A stretch of 64,000 nucleotides of DNA, taken from NCBI GenBank assembly GCA_964252035.1, contig OZ176211.1; one strand, 5' to 3'. The notes beneath the pieces are model-generated. The model was not told where the DNA came from, ran no database searches, and saw only the letters and a program-made list of their open reading frames with translations. The DNA comes from Podarcis erhardii (taxonomy: Eukaryota). The translations under genes were made by a program, and so were the position numbers. Positions 50,225-63,700 of the stretch are shown piece by piece; positions within the stretch are counted from its first letter, which is position 1, and each line of letters opens with the position of its first letter.

Positions 50225-50712
50225 CTAGAGTGAGTCCTAAAATGTGTGTCTCAAGGCCATGTTAAAGAGATGTGTCTTCAGCATTTGATGAAAGCTGCAC
50301 AGTGAAGGTGCACCTCTGTGGGGACTACAGCTCTTTGGGGAGGGAATGCCACAACTTAGGAGCTGCCACAGGGCTCTCTCAAGTCGTCATCACTCACCTG
50401 TTAGGGAGGAGGAACTACCAAGAGGGCCCCCTCTGCTGATCTTGACACCTTAGAGTGGCTGTGAGTAAGGAGGCGGTCTTTCAGATATTTGGGGCTGTAG
50501 ACATTTAGGGCTTTAAACACTAGCACGAGGACCTTGAATTGGCCCAGAAATGCAGTGGCAACCAGTGGATATAAAAAGTTCTAATGGAAGCCACAGCCAG
50601 TAATGTGGCCGCTGCATTTTGGACCAGCTTGACATTTGCAAGTCATCTTCAAGGGCAGCCCCACATAAAGCCCATTGTAATCATCCTATGTGGAAGTTAC
50701 CAAGGTATGGAG
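50225..50712 (-). mobile_element. Old L2 LINE 3' fragment
   Basis: Degenerate similarity to 60900-61420 (AAGGGCAGCCCCAC, AGGGCTTTAAA, CATTTTGGACCAGC). Confidence 0.65.
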
Positions 50713-53700
50713 TCACCTCTGTCCAAAAGGGGCCATAATTGTCTGATCCCAGGAAGGTCCCAGCAGGTTAAGGGGTGGAGATCCGCCCCCTGAAGGAAGC
50801 CAGGACAACAATCCACGCCAGGCCTTGCAGCTGGTGGTGTGTGTGTGTGTGTGTGTACACACTTATCACACCTCTGATGGGCTTAGGCTGTATAATAAAC
50901 GACACTCAGAAGGGCCTTCGCTATTCAACCCCCAAAACTGGAATGCCCTTAGACTGGAAAATATATAGAAAATAAAAAAAGCGGCAACTCAGATGAGTCA
51001 GTTTCAATTGGTAAAAATATAGCTCAAGGGAAAAAAGAGTTAAGCTCTTATTCTCCAAGCCAGTTCAGGCCTCCATATGGTGGTCATTTTAAAGCTTTTA
51101 AGGCATCAGGGCATCTCCCACATCACATATACTTTGTTCTAGACAAGGTCTATAAAAGTTGGCATAGATGTCATATACAAGCACATGTTGAACCACAATG
51201 TGCTTTAAAATTCCTATTAACCATATATAAATATGCTTTTTAAAAATAATTATGTTGTAGCATTTTTATCCTGTGGGGAAGTAAAGGAATTGAAAATGCC
51301 TCTTCTGCCTCTTTTGTGCATCAAGCAAATCTCAAGACAAACGGGCTGTCTATAAATCAAATTTTCAAGCTCTACAAAACTCCAGGCAACAGAGTTGGAA
51401 TAATTATTTTGCCATAATGCCACTAATGTATATGACACTTAACAGAGTAGCAGAAACAAAGATACAGATCCCTGCTCCGAGGAGCTTACAATTTGCCCCC
51501 CTTACCATTGTGAAAATGCAAAGGCAAAGGCCAGCCTGATAGAAAAAGGGAACATCATTTAGTGTCAAGCCAAAACTTCATGAAAAGCCAAAACTTAATG
51601 AAAGACATGGCTTCTAAGAGGAAGTTCCAGGCAGAACAGGAAGCAAGAGTGGCGATACATCGGAGCTAAAGATGAGTAAAGGAGCAGGTCGCATTGTCTG
51701 TCTTGGTATCAAAACAATATCAACTTTTTAAACTGCAGCATATTATGCTCAAATTTATGAATCACCTGAGAAGGAAAATGATATGCTGCATTTTTGCTAC
51801 AGTTAAGAATTCATGAATATCCCCAAGAACTCATGAATACTAAAACAAACATATGGCTGTGAAAATTAGGTGGTGCAAAATGTACTGTGCAAATACGATG
51901 CTGAATTTCTCTCATAAAGTATCAAAATTGGGCAATAATTTTACACTTTCTGGTACTCACTTTATTCTTTTTTTCTTTAAAAGTGAACATTCCCTACTTT
52001 ATCACCACTGTAATGCAAAAAGGTGGGATGAGAAAAATGCTAGAATATGTTGAGTCTTTGAGAGTTCCTTCAAAATCTGACATGACTTACAATCTCTGGG
52101 TTGTAGCCAGGCCATACAATAAAATTTCCTGCTCTGCCAACATAAACTGCTCCTCCATTCGTCCTCCAGCCAAGAGCAAAGGAAGCTACTTTTATTGTTT
52201 TAAATACAAAAGCAGTGTTTATTAGAGCCACACATCTGTTTGGTGTGGCACACACAGTGTGACTAGAGTGCAAAGACTGCAATCAGGTTTTATTACAGCC
52301 ACTCCCCATTTCTACCTATCCTATAAATCCTGTTCTAGCCATGGAAAAGGTCACCATGAATAAAAGAATGAGAGGATGTTAAATGAGCATCAGCTTGCTG
52401 AAGTGCAATTTCAAATGCGTCCATCTGCAAATGAGCCAAAGGAGTTCAGGTTGTTGATTTTTTAATGGTCACTTAAAGATCAGGAGGCTATGCCTTGATT
52501 TAATTTCCTTGCTCCCTTGTGGGCTACAGGAAGGATTTTCCCTTCAAGATATTCTGTAAAACCAATAATAATGTAAAGGCTTGCTCCAGGAAAGAGACTC
52601 GGTATAGTTATACACAAAGGGGATTATTGTTCCTGCTAAGTAAGGCTTATTTAATTTCTTCAGAGCTCCTTTAGAGAGAGAAATAACCTACTTTGACCTT
52701 AATGGAAGATTCACTTAAGATGGGTAATAATCATATGTCATTTGTTGCAGCCTAAATTAAGACTGGTTCAGCACTTCTATTATAACTCCCTGCTTTCCAG
52801 TAGGTTACCACTCAACTGGAGATAATTCTGTTCTAAAATTACAATCTGGCAAACGGAGCCCCCACACAAGAGATGGTTTGCAGGGGACCTTGAGAGATGA
52901 ACATAAGGGCAAGGGTCTATAATCAGACCTGTGGGTAAAGTTACACAACCCCTAAAGCGAAATCAATTCCAATTATGCGTCTTTAATATGTATCAACTTT
53001 TTGAAATCTTCTGTTTCTAGAATTTGGAATTTTAACAAAAGGAGCTTGGGTTTAATAGCTGGAATAGAGATACTGTTCTAGCCAATGAACTGGGGATGCG
53101 GGAGAAAAACAAATCATCACCAGAGATAGCAAGATATGCCTAAATATGTATGTAGTACATATAACACTATGCCTGGTTGTGATACAGAAAAGGGGGTTGT
53201 TTCCAAAGGAACAAAAGCTTAAATTTAAATGTAGTTAATATGTGATCCACTGTGTATTGCTTCCTGAGATCTTGGGTGTCCACTTCCATCCAAAATAGTA
53301 TTTAAATACAAACAGCACACATTACAAGAGACATCAGGCAAATGCACTGAAATTCCTTTTTAAAAAAATAGTAGCGTAAGGATCATCTGAAGTTATAAGG
53401 TCCTAACAACATATTTATATTTTAAAGCTATCCACTAAGGCATTATTCAGAGCTTCTGAATATGTATGGGCTGCTTATATATTTTATAAAATACATGTAT
53501 ACCTCACCTTTCTTGTTAGCTTATTGCATATGCTCATTTTGTGTCACACATAGTCCAGAACTGCCTTGATTGAAAAAACAACATTGTTTTTAATCTGAAG
53601 TGTTTATTCCTAATTACAATAAAAGTCATAAAACTCTTGGCATTTGGCTTGTCCATTGCACTGTGTAGGTTTTTTAAAAAATTATACTACTTCTGGTTGG

Positions 53701-54125
53701 CGAGATAAATTTCTCTACACAAACAAATGAATTATGGTGAAGAATTTTTTGCAGCCAAACAGACTAGAAACAATAAAGTCTAGGAAGGTGTGAATTTCCT
53801 CCCTTTAACTTTATAGGGTGTTAACATTTAACACTTACCATTGACCATTTTGTGCTGAATGATTCAGCAGACACACTGGCTAGTACCCTTGTTGGCAATG
53901 TGGCGACCCCACCCATGTACCATTGACCCACTCAGATATTAGTAATGTTCTTCAATCTGCAGGAAGGGATCTCAAAGCATTTAAGACTAATTGACCATAA
54001 TAATTCGGAGTGTGTTAATGGGCCATGGGAGGTTCCTTCCTTGCCACAGGACTTAAGGGCAACTCTTTCTACAGACCAAATTCCAGGGACCATACATACA
54101 AAAATTTCCCAATGCCTATGCACTA

Positions 54126-54425
54126 TCCATTCTTTAGGAAATCAGCCCTGAGTGCTCACTGGAAGGACAGATCGTGAAGCTGAGGCTCCAATACTTTGGC
54201 CACCTCATGAGAAGAGAAGACTCCCTGGAAAAGACCCTGATGTTGGGAAAGATGGAGGGCACAAGGAGAAGGGGACGACAGAGGATGAGATGGTTGGACA
54301 GTGTTCTCGAAGCTACAAACATGAGTCTGACCAAACTGTGGGAGGCAGTGGAAGACAGGAGTGCCTGGCGTGCTCTGGTCCATGGAGTCACGAAGAGTCG
54401 GACACGACTAAACGACTAAACAACA
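54126..54425 (+). mobile_element. Bov-B 3'-terminal fragment (300 bp)
   Basis: Aligns with 2950-3200; GACTAAACAACA tail; 8-bp TSD ATGCACTA at 54118-54125 and 54426-54433. Confidence 0.9.
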
Positions 54426-54436
54426 ATGCACTAGAA

Positions 54437-54572
54437 CAGGCATAGGCAAACTCGGCCCTTCAGATGTTTTGGGACTACAACTCCCATCATCCCTAGCTAC
54501 CAGGACAAGTGGTCAGGAATGATAGGAATTGTACTCTCAAAACATCTGGAGGGCCGAGTTTGCCTATGCCTG
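54437..54572. mobile_element. 136-bp hAT (Charlie-like) MITE
   Basis: Perfect TIRs CAGGCATAGGCAAACTCGGCCCT / AGGGCCGAGTTTGCCTATGCCTG; 8-bp TSD CACTAGAA at 54429-54436 and 54573-54580. Confidence 0.9.
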
Positions 54573-55361
54573 CACTAGAACTACACAGCCAGTCATTTAT
54601 GTAGATGTAAATATAGACCAAGCTAGCAAGGGGAGCCTGTCAATGAGCTGCAACTGACAAGCATTGAGGCAAGTTAAGCAGATGAAGGTTCCACAGCATG
54701 ACAACTTTCCACTGGTTAGCTTTCCACTGGTTAGCCACTGTGACAAAAGAATGCTAGACTAGACAGGCCACTGACCTGATTCAGCAGGTTCTTCTTATGT
54801 TCATATAGCACCAAACAAGGTATAATACTTGCAATGTATCGTCAATCTTATATGGAGGATTGTAAAACCACATAAAGCAAAGAAACTAAAAAAACTCAGG
54901 AAAAGATTTGAAATGGCTTAGAATGCAAGAATTCAATACTGCGTATGTTTTGGGTTGTCATTAAGTTGTGTGGTTCTTCCTTTGCATATATTTTGAACCG
55001 AAAGCATACAAAATGCTCTCTATCAGCTAGTTGGCAGAGAACTAAGGTGTCGCATAAAGTGTCACAAAGAGAACTATTCAAACCAGCTGAATACAAATCT
55101 TTCCCAAAATGAAAAAAAAAGGCTAAAAACAGATGGGAGACATCATTGGTTTTGCATGTGCCAAAATGCATAGATAACAAGAATGGTTAAGGATGAAGGC
55201 TGAGACTTAAAAACATTGCTGAACAGATTTCACGACAGAGTACACAACTAAACCCTAAATACCAATGTATAAATATATATACACCATTGATTCAATAAGG
55301 TATACTGGTCTGAATCCAAATTAGTAATACATTAGTAATCATACATTTCTATGATTCTATT

Positions 55362-55468
55362 AAGCAGAGGCTTGACAACCATGTCAGGAGTGCTCTGATG
55401 GTGTTTCCTGCTTGGCAGGGGGTTGGACTCGATGGCCCTTGTGGTCTCTTCCAACTCTATGATTCTAT
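55362..55468 (+). mobile_element. CR1 3'-terminal fragment
   Basis: GGGTTGGACTCGATGGCC...TTCCAACTCTATGATTCTAT terminus; the left flank carries the same TCTATGATTCTAT motif. Confidence 0.75.
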
Positions 55469-55477
55469 ATATAGCAA

Positions 55478-55770
55478 TATTAGTGGTTTAACCCACAGCG
55501 GGTGTCTCCCATTGCTCGGTCCCTGCTCCTGCCAACCTAGCAGTTCAGAAGCATGTCAAAGTGCAAGTAGATAAATAGGTACCGCTCCGGCGGGAAGATA
55601 AATGGCATTTCCGTGTGCTGCTCTGGTTTGCCAGAAGTGGCTTAGTCATGCTGGCCACATGACCCGGAAGCTGTACGCCGGCTCCCTCGGCCAATAAAGC
55701 GAGATGAGCACCGCAACCCCAGAGTCGTCCGCGACTGGACCTAATGGTCAGGGGTCCCTTTACTTTTACC
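55478..55770 (+). mobile_element. Sauria SINE with internal deletion of the B-box region
   Basis: Core and tail match the copy at 28431; near-TSD TATATAG(C/G)AA. Confidence 0.85.
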
Positions 55771-57513
55771 TATATAGGAAACACCCATATAAAATGGACT
55801 TTTACGTTGCTTTTGCAGCAACAGTTCCTGCCACGAGAGATAACAGGTTTTTAGTTTGAAAGGCAAATTGTTTCTGATAGTGGAATCCGCTGCAGCAAAT
55901 GCAAATATGCACACAAAACAAAAGCTCTTGCTACATATGCAGCTCTTTCTCCTCCTCCCACCAAGCAAGCATATCAATTTTTTACATCCTGGTTGTCATT
56001 TCTGTATCTCTCCTATCCATTGGGATCATTGTGGCAAGAACTGCCTGTATCAAATTTAAGTGTCATTGATGCTAGACTTCCCCCCTCTTGCTGAAGTGTT
56101 CTTGGGTGTCCTCATGATTATAGCGTGTAATTTAAATCAATCTAACTATACATTACTCCAACATAATTCTGTATTTTTTAAAATTGGAAGCCTTATGAAA
56201 TGCAAGGAAAATTCCTATCTCTGGTGTGCAAATGGTCATTAACTTTTTTTTAACCTGAGGTGTAAAGCTAATATTGAATTTGCAGAGAAGGCTACTCATT
56301 ATGCTAGTTTAGTTTCCAGATAGAGAATCAGTCCCGAAGGATCTGTTTCTAAGATACCAAATAGGAAACAGGATTCTACCAGCCCATCTCTGCAAATATA
56401 AGGGAGTATTTGGTAGTGTTTAGAAATAAGCAGCAGATGATAGCTTATAGCAGGATGTTAAGCAAGGAAGAAAGTCTTATCATTAAAAAAGCCATCTGCA
56501 ATTAAAATTAAAAATTTAGAATGTGGCCTGTTTGACATTGCATTACACACGGAGTTAATTAGTGTTCATTTTCTCTACTCTAGCTAAATTGACCGCAAGA
56601 GAGATAAGCCACAAATTTAAGCACCAGAAACTAGGCATGCTTGCATTAAATAACAAGTATTAAAATGCTATGTACACTGACTTATAATCTACAATGGGTA
56701 CCAGTTATTATTATTTTAAATCCATTTCCTGAAATAGGTTTTTTTTCTCCATGTCATCAGTTAACCTAATTGTTCCACATGTAAATATAAGTGATTGTCA
56801 GTGATAACATGTCTCATGATAACATGACATGTGAAACCATCATCAATGATATTTGCCCGTCATTTTCTTAATTGTTTGTACCCAGTGGCCATTAATATAT
56901 AAAATCACAAAAAAACCAAGACAAGTTAAAGCATATCCATTTTCAGAGCTGCAAACTATGAACACTTAAAATTATAAAGTTCCCAAAATAATTTAGATTT
57001 TAAAAATCTCCTTGGCAGTAAATATTTTTCTGGCTTTGTAACTTTCTTGCTGCTAGCGCATGTAAAGCTACCATCTAATTTTGAAATCATCATTCTAAAG
57101 AATATTGGAATGAATAGGGGGATCTATTCCCAGGTGAATTGTATAAAGGGCAATAACGAATGTAGTGGACAATGTATTCAACCTGGCCTGCTCCACAAAT
57201 ACAATGACCGTCACCTGTTATGTTAGTATATTAAAGAATTTACCAGTTACATATTTTGTGGGCATAGTTTGAAATCTGAACAAACAGGAATAAAGTTAGG
57301 TAAGCAGCCCCTCTGTGGTTGAATTTAAATTTATTCTACCAAATTTGGGATTTGGAATTCTTCATATATTCCAATATCATTTTGGCATCTTCAGCAAAAA
57401 TGACATTACAGATATTTCTGTCAGAAATATCCTAAGATACCATTACAAGGGAAGCTAAATAAGTAGACATTGTTACAACATTGCGCCTAGGCTTCTCTAT
57501 ACTGAGTTTTTAA

Positions 57514-57877
57514 ATGCTGGCGGGTGGCACTGTGGTCTAAACCACTGAGCCTCTTGGACCTGCCGATCAGAACGTTGGAGGTTTGAATCCCCACAACAGG
57601 GTGAGCTCCTGTTGCTCTGTCCCAGCTCCTGCCAACCTAGCAGTTTGAAAGCATGCTTGTGTAAGTAGATAAATAGGTACTGCTGCGGCAGGAAGGTAAA
57701 CAGCGTTTCTATCATGGTGTTCCGTTGCACCAGAAGAGATTTAGTTATGCTGGCCACATGACCCAGAAAACTGTCTGTGGACAAACACCTGCTCCCTTGA
57801 CCTGAAGCAAGATGGGCACCGCACCCCATAGTCGTTTTTGACTGGACTTAACTGTCCAGGGGTCCTTTACCTTTACC
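57514..57877 (+). mobile_element. Older Sauria SINE (different subfamily)
   Basis: A box TGGCACTGTGG, degenerate B box GTTTGAATC, CCTTTACCTTTACC tail. Confidence 0.85.
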
Positions 57878-59830
57878 AATTTATGACTGCATATTTTTAG
57901 AGAAGGGAGAGACATACTTCAGGTTTAGGCAGTGCACCAGGTGTACTGTGCAACACACTAGACAAATAGTATGACACGTGAGACTCATATTTATTTATCT
58001 GCTCACATGATTAAGCACAAGGTCAGAACACAACCCTGCTCCGTTGAGAGACAGGGGTCCTGGAAAGAACAAACTTTTGGATGGCCACCAAGTCTAGGAA
58101 ATATTTGCCATCACTGTTTCTAGCTCCTTTAGATCCCCCCCCCCTTTAATAGATGTGTATTCATCTAATACTGTAGTGTCAGCTTAATAGTGTATGAAAG
58201 GTATGCACTTTTTCAACCTGCAAAACAATGCACTCTAGTTGTCTTTATAAGAGCCTAATAAAGAACTTTAAAATTAACTCTTTTAGTTTTCTACATTTGA
58301 CTCACAGAACAATCCCCCTCATTCAAAGAAAGGGTTACAGCAGGAGCAACAAAGAATCCTGTGGATTTTCTTTTTTAAAGAAACTTGCTTTCCTTCAATG
58401 TACCACAAACCGCTGCTGAAAACTCCCCAGGCTTTGTAACATGGGCATCAAGCAAGCACGATTATTCCAAAGGTCTCCTGGGCACATAAAACTACTTGTG
58501 AGGTTCTTTGGAACTTTGTCATGGTATCTTTATAATCCCAATACTGTTTCTTCTGCATCCTATAGAAAAAGGAGTTTCCCCATTACTGTCCTGTTTAGAA
58601 GATAGTTCTTCTCTTCTCTGCTGTCTTAGAAGAATTAATTGTATTTTTGATAACCTATACTTCTCCTCAAGTCTGTTCCTGTTGTGACAACAACTTGACA
58701 CTATTTTTCTTACCAGCGCATGATGGTTTCTTTTCATATGCTGCTGTAGGGTTTTTGCTTTGGATTTTTTGAATCACGTCCAAATCTCATTTAAGTTCCT
58801 AATTTATTTGGCACAATCCTCCTGGTTCAACCCCAGAAAACACTATTACTGGTTATGCTTTTCTATAATCCAGTTCTTTCCACCTTATTTACTTTTTGAA
58901 GAAGCAAATCATGAATTCTCCACTATAACAAGGACACATCTGATTCTCATACACAGCCATCTGCATTGTGGAATGGATCTTTTGGGATTTCTAATTACAT
59001 TTTCCTTCATAGTCAGTTCACAGTAGGCACTTACTTGCAAGTGTGTACATCCTACACCAGCAAAATTTGCTTAAAGCTTTAAAATAACAGCAATACTGTT
59101 GCCAGATAATCTGGCTGCAAATCTTTACTCAAAAGCTAATGCTTTTCCATATATGAACGTCACATCCATCAACAGAGCTCCCAAATTTTGCAACACTGAA
59201 AAAAGTAATCAAAGCACCCTATTAAACCAGCTCCTATTATCAGAGTGTGTGTTGATAAAACTGTACTATAATTATGCCTGCCTGATTTATTATTTTAAAA
59301 ATTATTAACTTTTAAATCAACTTTTACAGTCACGATTGGTCCAGAAATCACCTTACATGCATTACTTCAAAAGAAAAAATGTTGTAATATGAAGTAAAGT
59401 GTTCAGTTCAATGGTTTAAAAAGCCTGCATGCACATTCAAACCTCCAAGTACTGTACTTGCCACTTCAACTACTCAAAGCAGCACTGCAGTGTGACTAAT
59501 ACCTAAAATACTGTACTACACTAATTAAGATCTAATTCCACTAGCAATAATACTGTTCCAGATCCGGGGTAACAGAGTTTGGGGGTGCAAGGGCACTTAT
59601 AACTGCTAGAGTTAGTGAATGTCAATCTGGAGTATTGACGGAAAGATACCAGGACAGTGGGAAATACAGGCTAAGTCTTTTTTCCAGGCCAGGGCCTCAC
59701 CTGGGATAGAAGTCATTAAGAATGACAAAAGGTGTTGGGAGCAAATGATTAAGCAATCAATGGAAACTATCAACCAGGAAGGCTCTGCAGGTGATGGGGG
59801 CATGATGCCATATATAGGAAAAAATGTATC

Positions 59831-60127
59831 AGTTAAGTTGTGGGTGAACATATCAGACGACACAGCGATTCTTCAAACAGCTCTTCTTTATTCTGAGGCC
59901 AGAACTGAACTGAACTGAACTGAAGGGCTCAGTCAGCCTGCTTATATAGAGCTCCAGTACCTTGTTACTGTAACAACTTTCTAAAACTATCCAATCACTG
60001 AAAGTCACCTTCGATCCTTCATTTGCACACAAACTATCCAATCACTGAACGTCACTTTTGATCCTTCATTTGCATAACTATCTACGGTATCCCCCTTTCC
60101 CCAGGGTGAGAAGTTCAGTACATAACA
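59831..60127 (-). mobile_element. Intact solo LTR (297 bp)
   Basis: Minus strand starts TGTTATGTAC; TATA (CTATATAAG, 59941-59949) and AATAAA (59887-59892); perfect 5-bp TSD GTATC at 59826-59830 and 60128-60132. Confidence 0.85.
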
Positions 60128-60689
60128 GTATCCTTTTGAAATTTAGGGGTTGTGGGAAAAGGAGGAAAACTGGATGAGTTGATGTGAAGGCCAGAGCCAT
60201 ATTGGCAGGCTGTGAGAGAGGCACAGATGTGCCTGGGAATCCAATGCTGGGCTGCGGTGAAGGACAGGGCCCCTCCTGAGGTGAGAATGCTATGAAATCT
60301 CTCTTTACTTAAAGCTTCCGTGTAAATATGTGTAAATAAGTCATATTTCAAAGACACTGTAAACTCCACCATGCCTCATTGTCCCCAAAGGAACACAGAC
60401 CCTGGCTGAGTGCCAAGACCCCTAAGAATCTCATGCACCCTTCCACAGATATTGGGGCAGCCAATGATACTATTCTAGTTCCTCCACCAACCCAAACCCC
60501 AAGCAGTTATTGGTGCTGTTCACTAATTGTCCACAACATCCACATTTTGGAAACTCTCATTTTGTACCTGACACAACATTAAATGACTGATGTTGACAAA
60601 TGCCTGAAACTAGGAACAAACTGAGAGTAGTCACAAATCAGGCAGTTATGTTTTTCCATGTATCCCATTTGCCTTTGTTGAGTATCAGC

Positions 60690-60738
<49 letters not shown>

Positions 60739-63700
60739 TTTATTTATATCCCGCCCTCCCCAGCCAAAGCCGGGCTCAGGGCGGCTAACAACAATAAAAC
60801 AGTACAAAAGTACAGCACAAACAACACTCTAAAATCATTCATTATAAAATTAATTAATTCAAGCCACTGGCAACCATTGGGCCAGAGCTCCGCGAAGATT
60901 GCCGAAGCAGGGAGTCAGGCTGTGCCCTGGCCAAAGGCCTGGCGGAACAGCTCTGTCTTGCAGGCCCTGCGGAAAGATGTCAAGTCCCGCAGGGCCCTAG
61001 TCTCTTGTGACAGAGTGTTCCACCAGATTGGAGCCACAGCCGAAAAAGCCCTGGCTCTAGTTGAGGCCAGCCTAACCTCTCTGTGGCCTGGGACCTTCAA
61101 GATGTTTTTATTTGAGGACCGTAAGTTTCTCTGTGGGGCATACCAGGAGAGGCGGTCCCGTAGGTACGAGGGCCCTAGGCCGTATAGGGCTTTAAAGGTT
61201 AAAACCAGCACCTTAAACCTGATCCTGTACTCCACCGGGAGCCAGTGCAGCTGGTATAGCACCGGGTGAATGTGATCTCGCAGCAAAGACCCCATAAGGA
61301 GTCTCACTGCAGCATTCTGCACCCGCTGGAGTTTCTGGGTCAGTCTCAAGGGCAGCCCCACGTAGAGCGAGTTACAATAATCCAGTCTGGAGGTGACCGT
61401 CGCGTGGATCACAGTGGCTAGGTCAGGGTGAGAGAGGTAAGGAGCCAACTGCTTAGCTTGGCGGAGATGGAAAAATGCTGCCTTTGTTATAGCTGAAATC
61501 TGCGCCTCCATGGAAAGGGAGGTGTCGAAGATTACACCCAAACTCTTAACGGACGGTGCTGGCACTAATTGCGCCCCCGCAAGAGATGGGAGTTGCCCCC
61601 CCAATCCCATATCGTCCCGTCCCAGCCACAGGACCTCTGTCTTCGAAGGATTTAGCTTCAACCGGCTCCCATGTAACCATCTAGCCACAGCTTCCAAACA
61701 TCTGGTCAGTGTGTCTGGGGCCGAGTCAGGATGGCCATCCATCAACAGATAGAGTTGGATGTCATCGGCATACTGATGGCAACCCAGCCCAAAACTCTGG
61801 ACAAGCTGGGCGAGGGGGCACATAAAGATGTTGAAAAGCATCAGGGAGAGTATCACACCCTGAGGTATTCCACACACCAAGGAGTGGCGCGATGACAATT
61901 CCCCCCCAAGCGCCACCCTCTGTCTCCGACCAGAGAGAAACGAGCGCAGCCATTGAAGGACTGTGCCCTGGATCCCCACGTCGGCAAGGCGGTGGTCCAG
62001 AAGTTCGTGGTCGACCATGTCGAAAGCTGCTGACAGATCTAGAAGAATCAGCAGCCCCGACCCGCCTTGATCCAGCTGTCTACGAAGATCATCTGTTAGG
62101 GCAACCAGAGCCGTCTCGGTCCCATGACCAGCGCGGAAGACGGACTGGAATGGATCCAGAGCCAATGTTTCATCCAGAAACCCACCAAGCTGTTCAGCGA
62201 CCGCTCTCTCAATCACCTTACCCAGGAACGGAAGATTCGAAACCGGGCGGTAATTGGATAGATCTAAGGGATCTAATGATGTTTCTTTAAGAGCGGGCGC
62301 ACCACTGCCTCCTTCAGTTCCCCTGGGAATGTCCCCGTGCCAAGGGACAAATTGATGATATCCCCCAGGAGGGCCCGCACCTCGTCTGGACACACTCTAA
62401 TCAGCCAAGACGGGCACAGGGCAAGAGGACAGGTGGTGGGCTTTCCAGCTCGGAGGAGTCTGTCCACATTGGCTGGGAATATCCGGTCAAAGTGGTCCAA
62501 TACTGGACCCGAGGACAGTCGAGGGGCCTCCAGTTCCTTTATTGTATCAAAATTGGCAGGGAGGTCATGGCAGAGCAACAAGACCTTTCCCCAAAAAAGC
62601 TCGCAAATGCCTCACAGCTGTGTGTCAAATTGTTATTTAAATTTGGCTGTCCCTCAAGGGACGTTAAAGACCTGATTATACTAAATAATTGCACCGGGCG
62701 AGAGCTAGCGGATGCAATGGAGGCCGAGAAGTAAGACTTCTTAGCAGCCTTCACCGCCATCTCGTAGGTTTTCATAAAAGCCCTATCTTATGTTCTTGAG
62801 GCTCCGTCACGGGCACCCCGCCATACTCGCTCTAGCCGTCTGAGGTCCCGCTTCATTTTCCGGAGCTCCTCGGTAAACCAGGGAGCCCGGTTTCTGCGGG
62901 GTCGCAGAGGGCGCTTAGGTGCGATCTCATCGATGGCTGCCAGGAGCTGGATATTCCAGCCCTCAACAAGCTCAGTCAATGAGTCGCCAGGGGGAGCAAG
63001 GTCCCGCAAGGTTTGGCGGAATCTATCAGGGTCCATCAGCCTCTGCGGGCGAGCCCAAATCGGCTCGCCACCTAAGCAGGGTGGGGGTGGAAAGTCAATC
63101 CTGGCTTTCAGAGCGTAGTGATCAGACCATGGCACCTTCATCAAAGGAGACATGATCACATCTATACCTACGCCAAAGATCAAATCCAGCGTGTGGCCTG
63201 CTTGATGTGTGTGGCCCGAAACAAACTGGGAGAGCCCTAGTGTCGCCATGGAAGACACCAGGTCCAGAGCCTGTGAGGAGGAAGTGGCACCAGCATGGAT
63301 GTTGAAGTCCCCCAATACCAATAGGTTAGGGAACTCCAAGGCCCAGCCAGCCACCGCCTCCAATAGGCCTGACAGGGTGGCTGCTGGTGCGCTAGGTGGC
63401 CGGTACACCAGCCAGACAGCCAAGCTCTCCTCGGAGCCCCACACTAGGCCAACACATTCAATGCCGGGGATCGATGGCAATGGTAGAGCCCTGAAAGGAC
63501 AATCTTCCCGGATTAATAATGCCACCCCTCCCCCCCGGCCCACAGTCCACGACTGGTGGAGGACAGAGAAACCCGGGGGCACCATCTCTCGTAAGGTAAC
63601 TGTTGCCCCTTCGTGCACCCAGGTCTCCGTCACACAAGCCAGGTCGACCCCCTGCGAGATAAAGAAATCTCGCAGGGTGGCGGTTTTGTTGCCTATAGAC

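Noticed and set aside
58519-58737. 72-aa minus-strand ORF and a nearby CTG|GTAAG donor, considered as an upstream RAPGEF5 exon
   Set aside because: No frame resembles the expected DEP or linker peptides, and no in-frame acceptor-donor pair was found.
59612-59918. Overlapping 99-aa (+) and 83-aa (-) ORFs next to the solo LTR, considered as gag or a captured gene
   Set aside because: No recognisable motif; the plus ORF runs into the LTR microsatellite; the LTR has a perfect TSD and no PBS, so it is solo.
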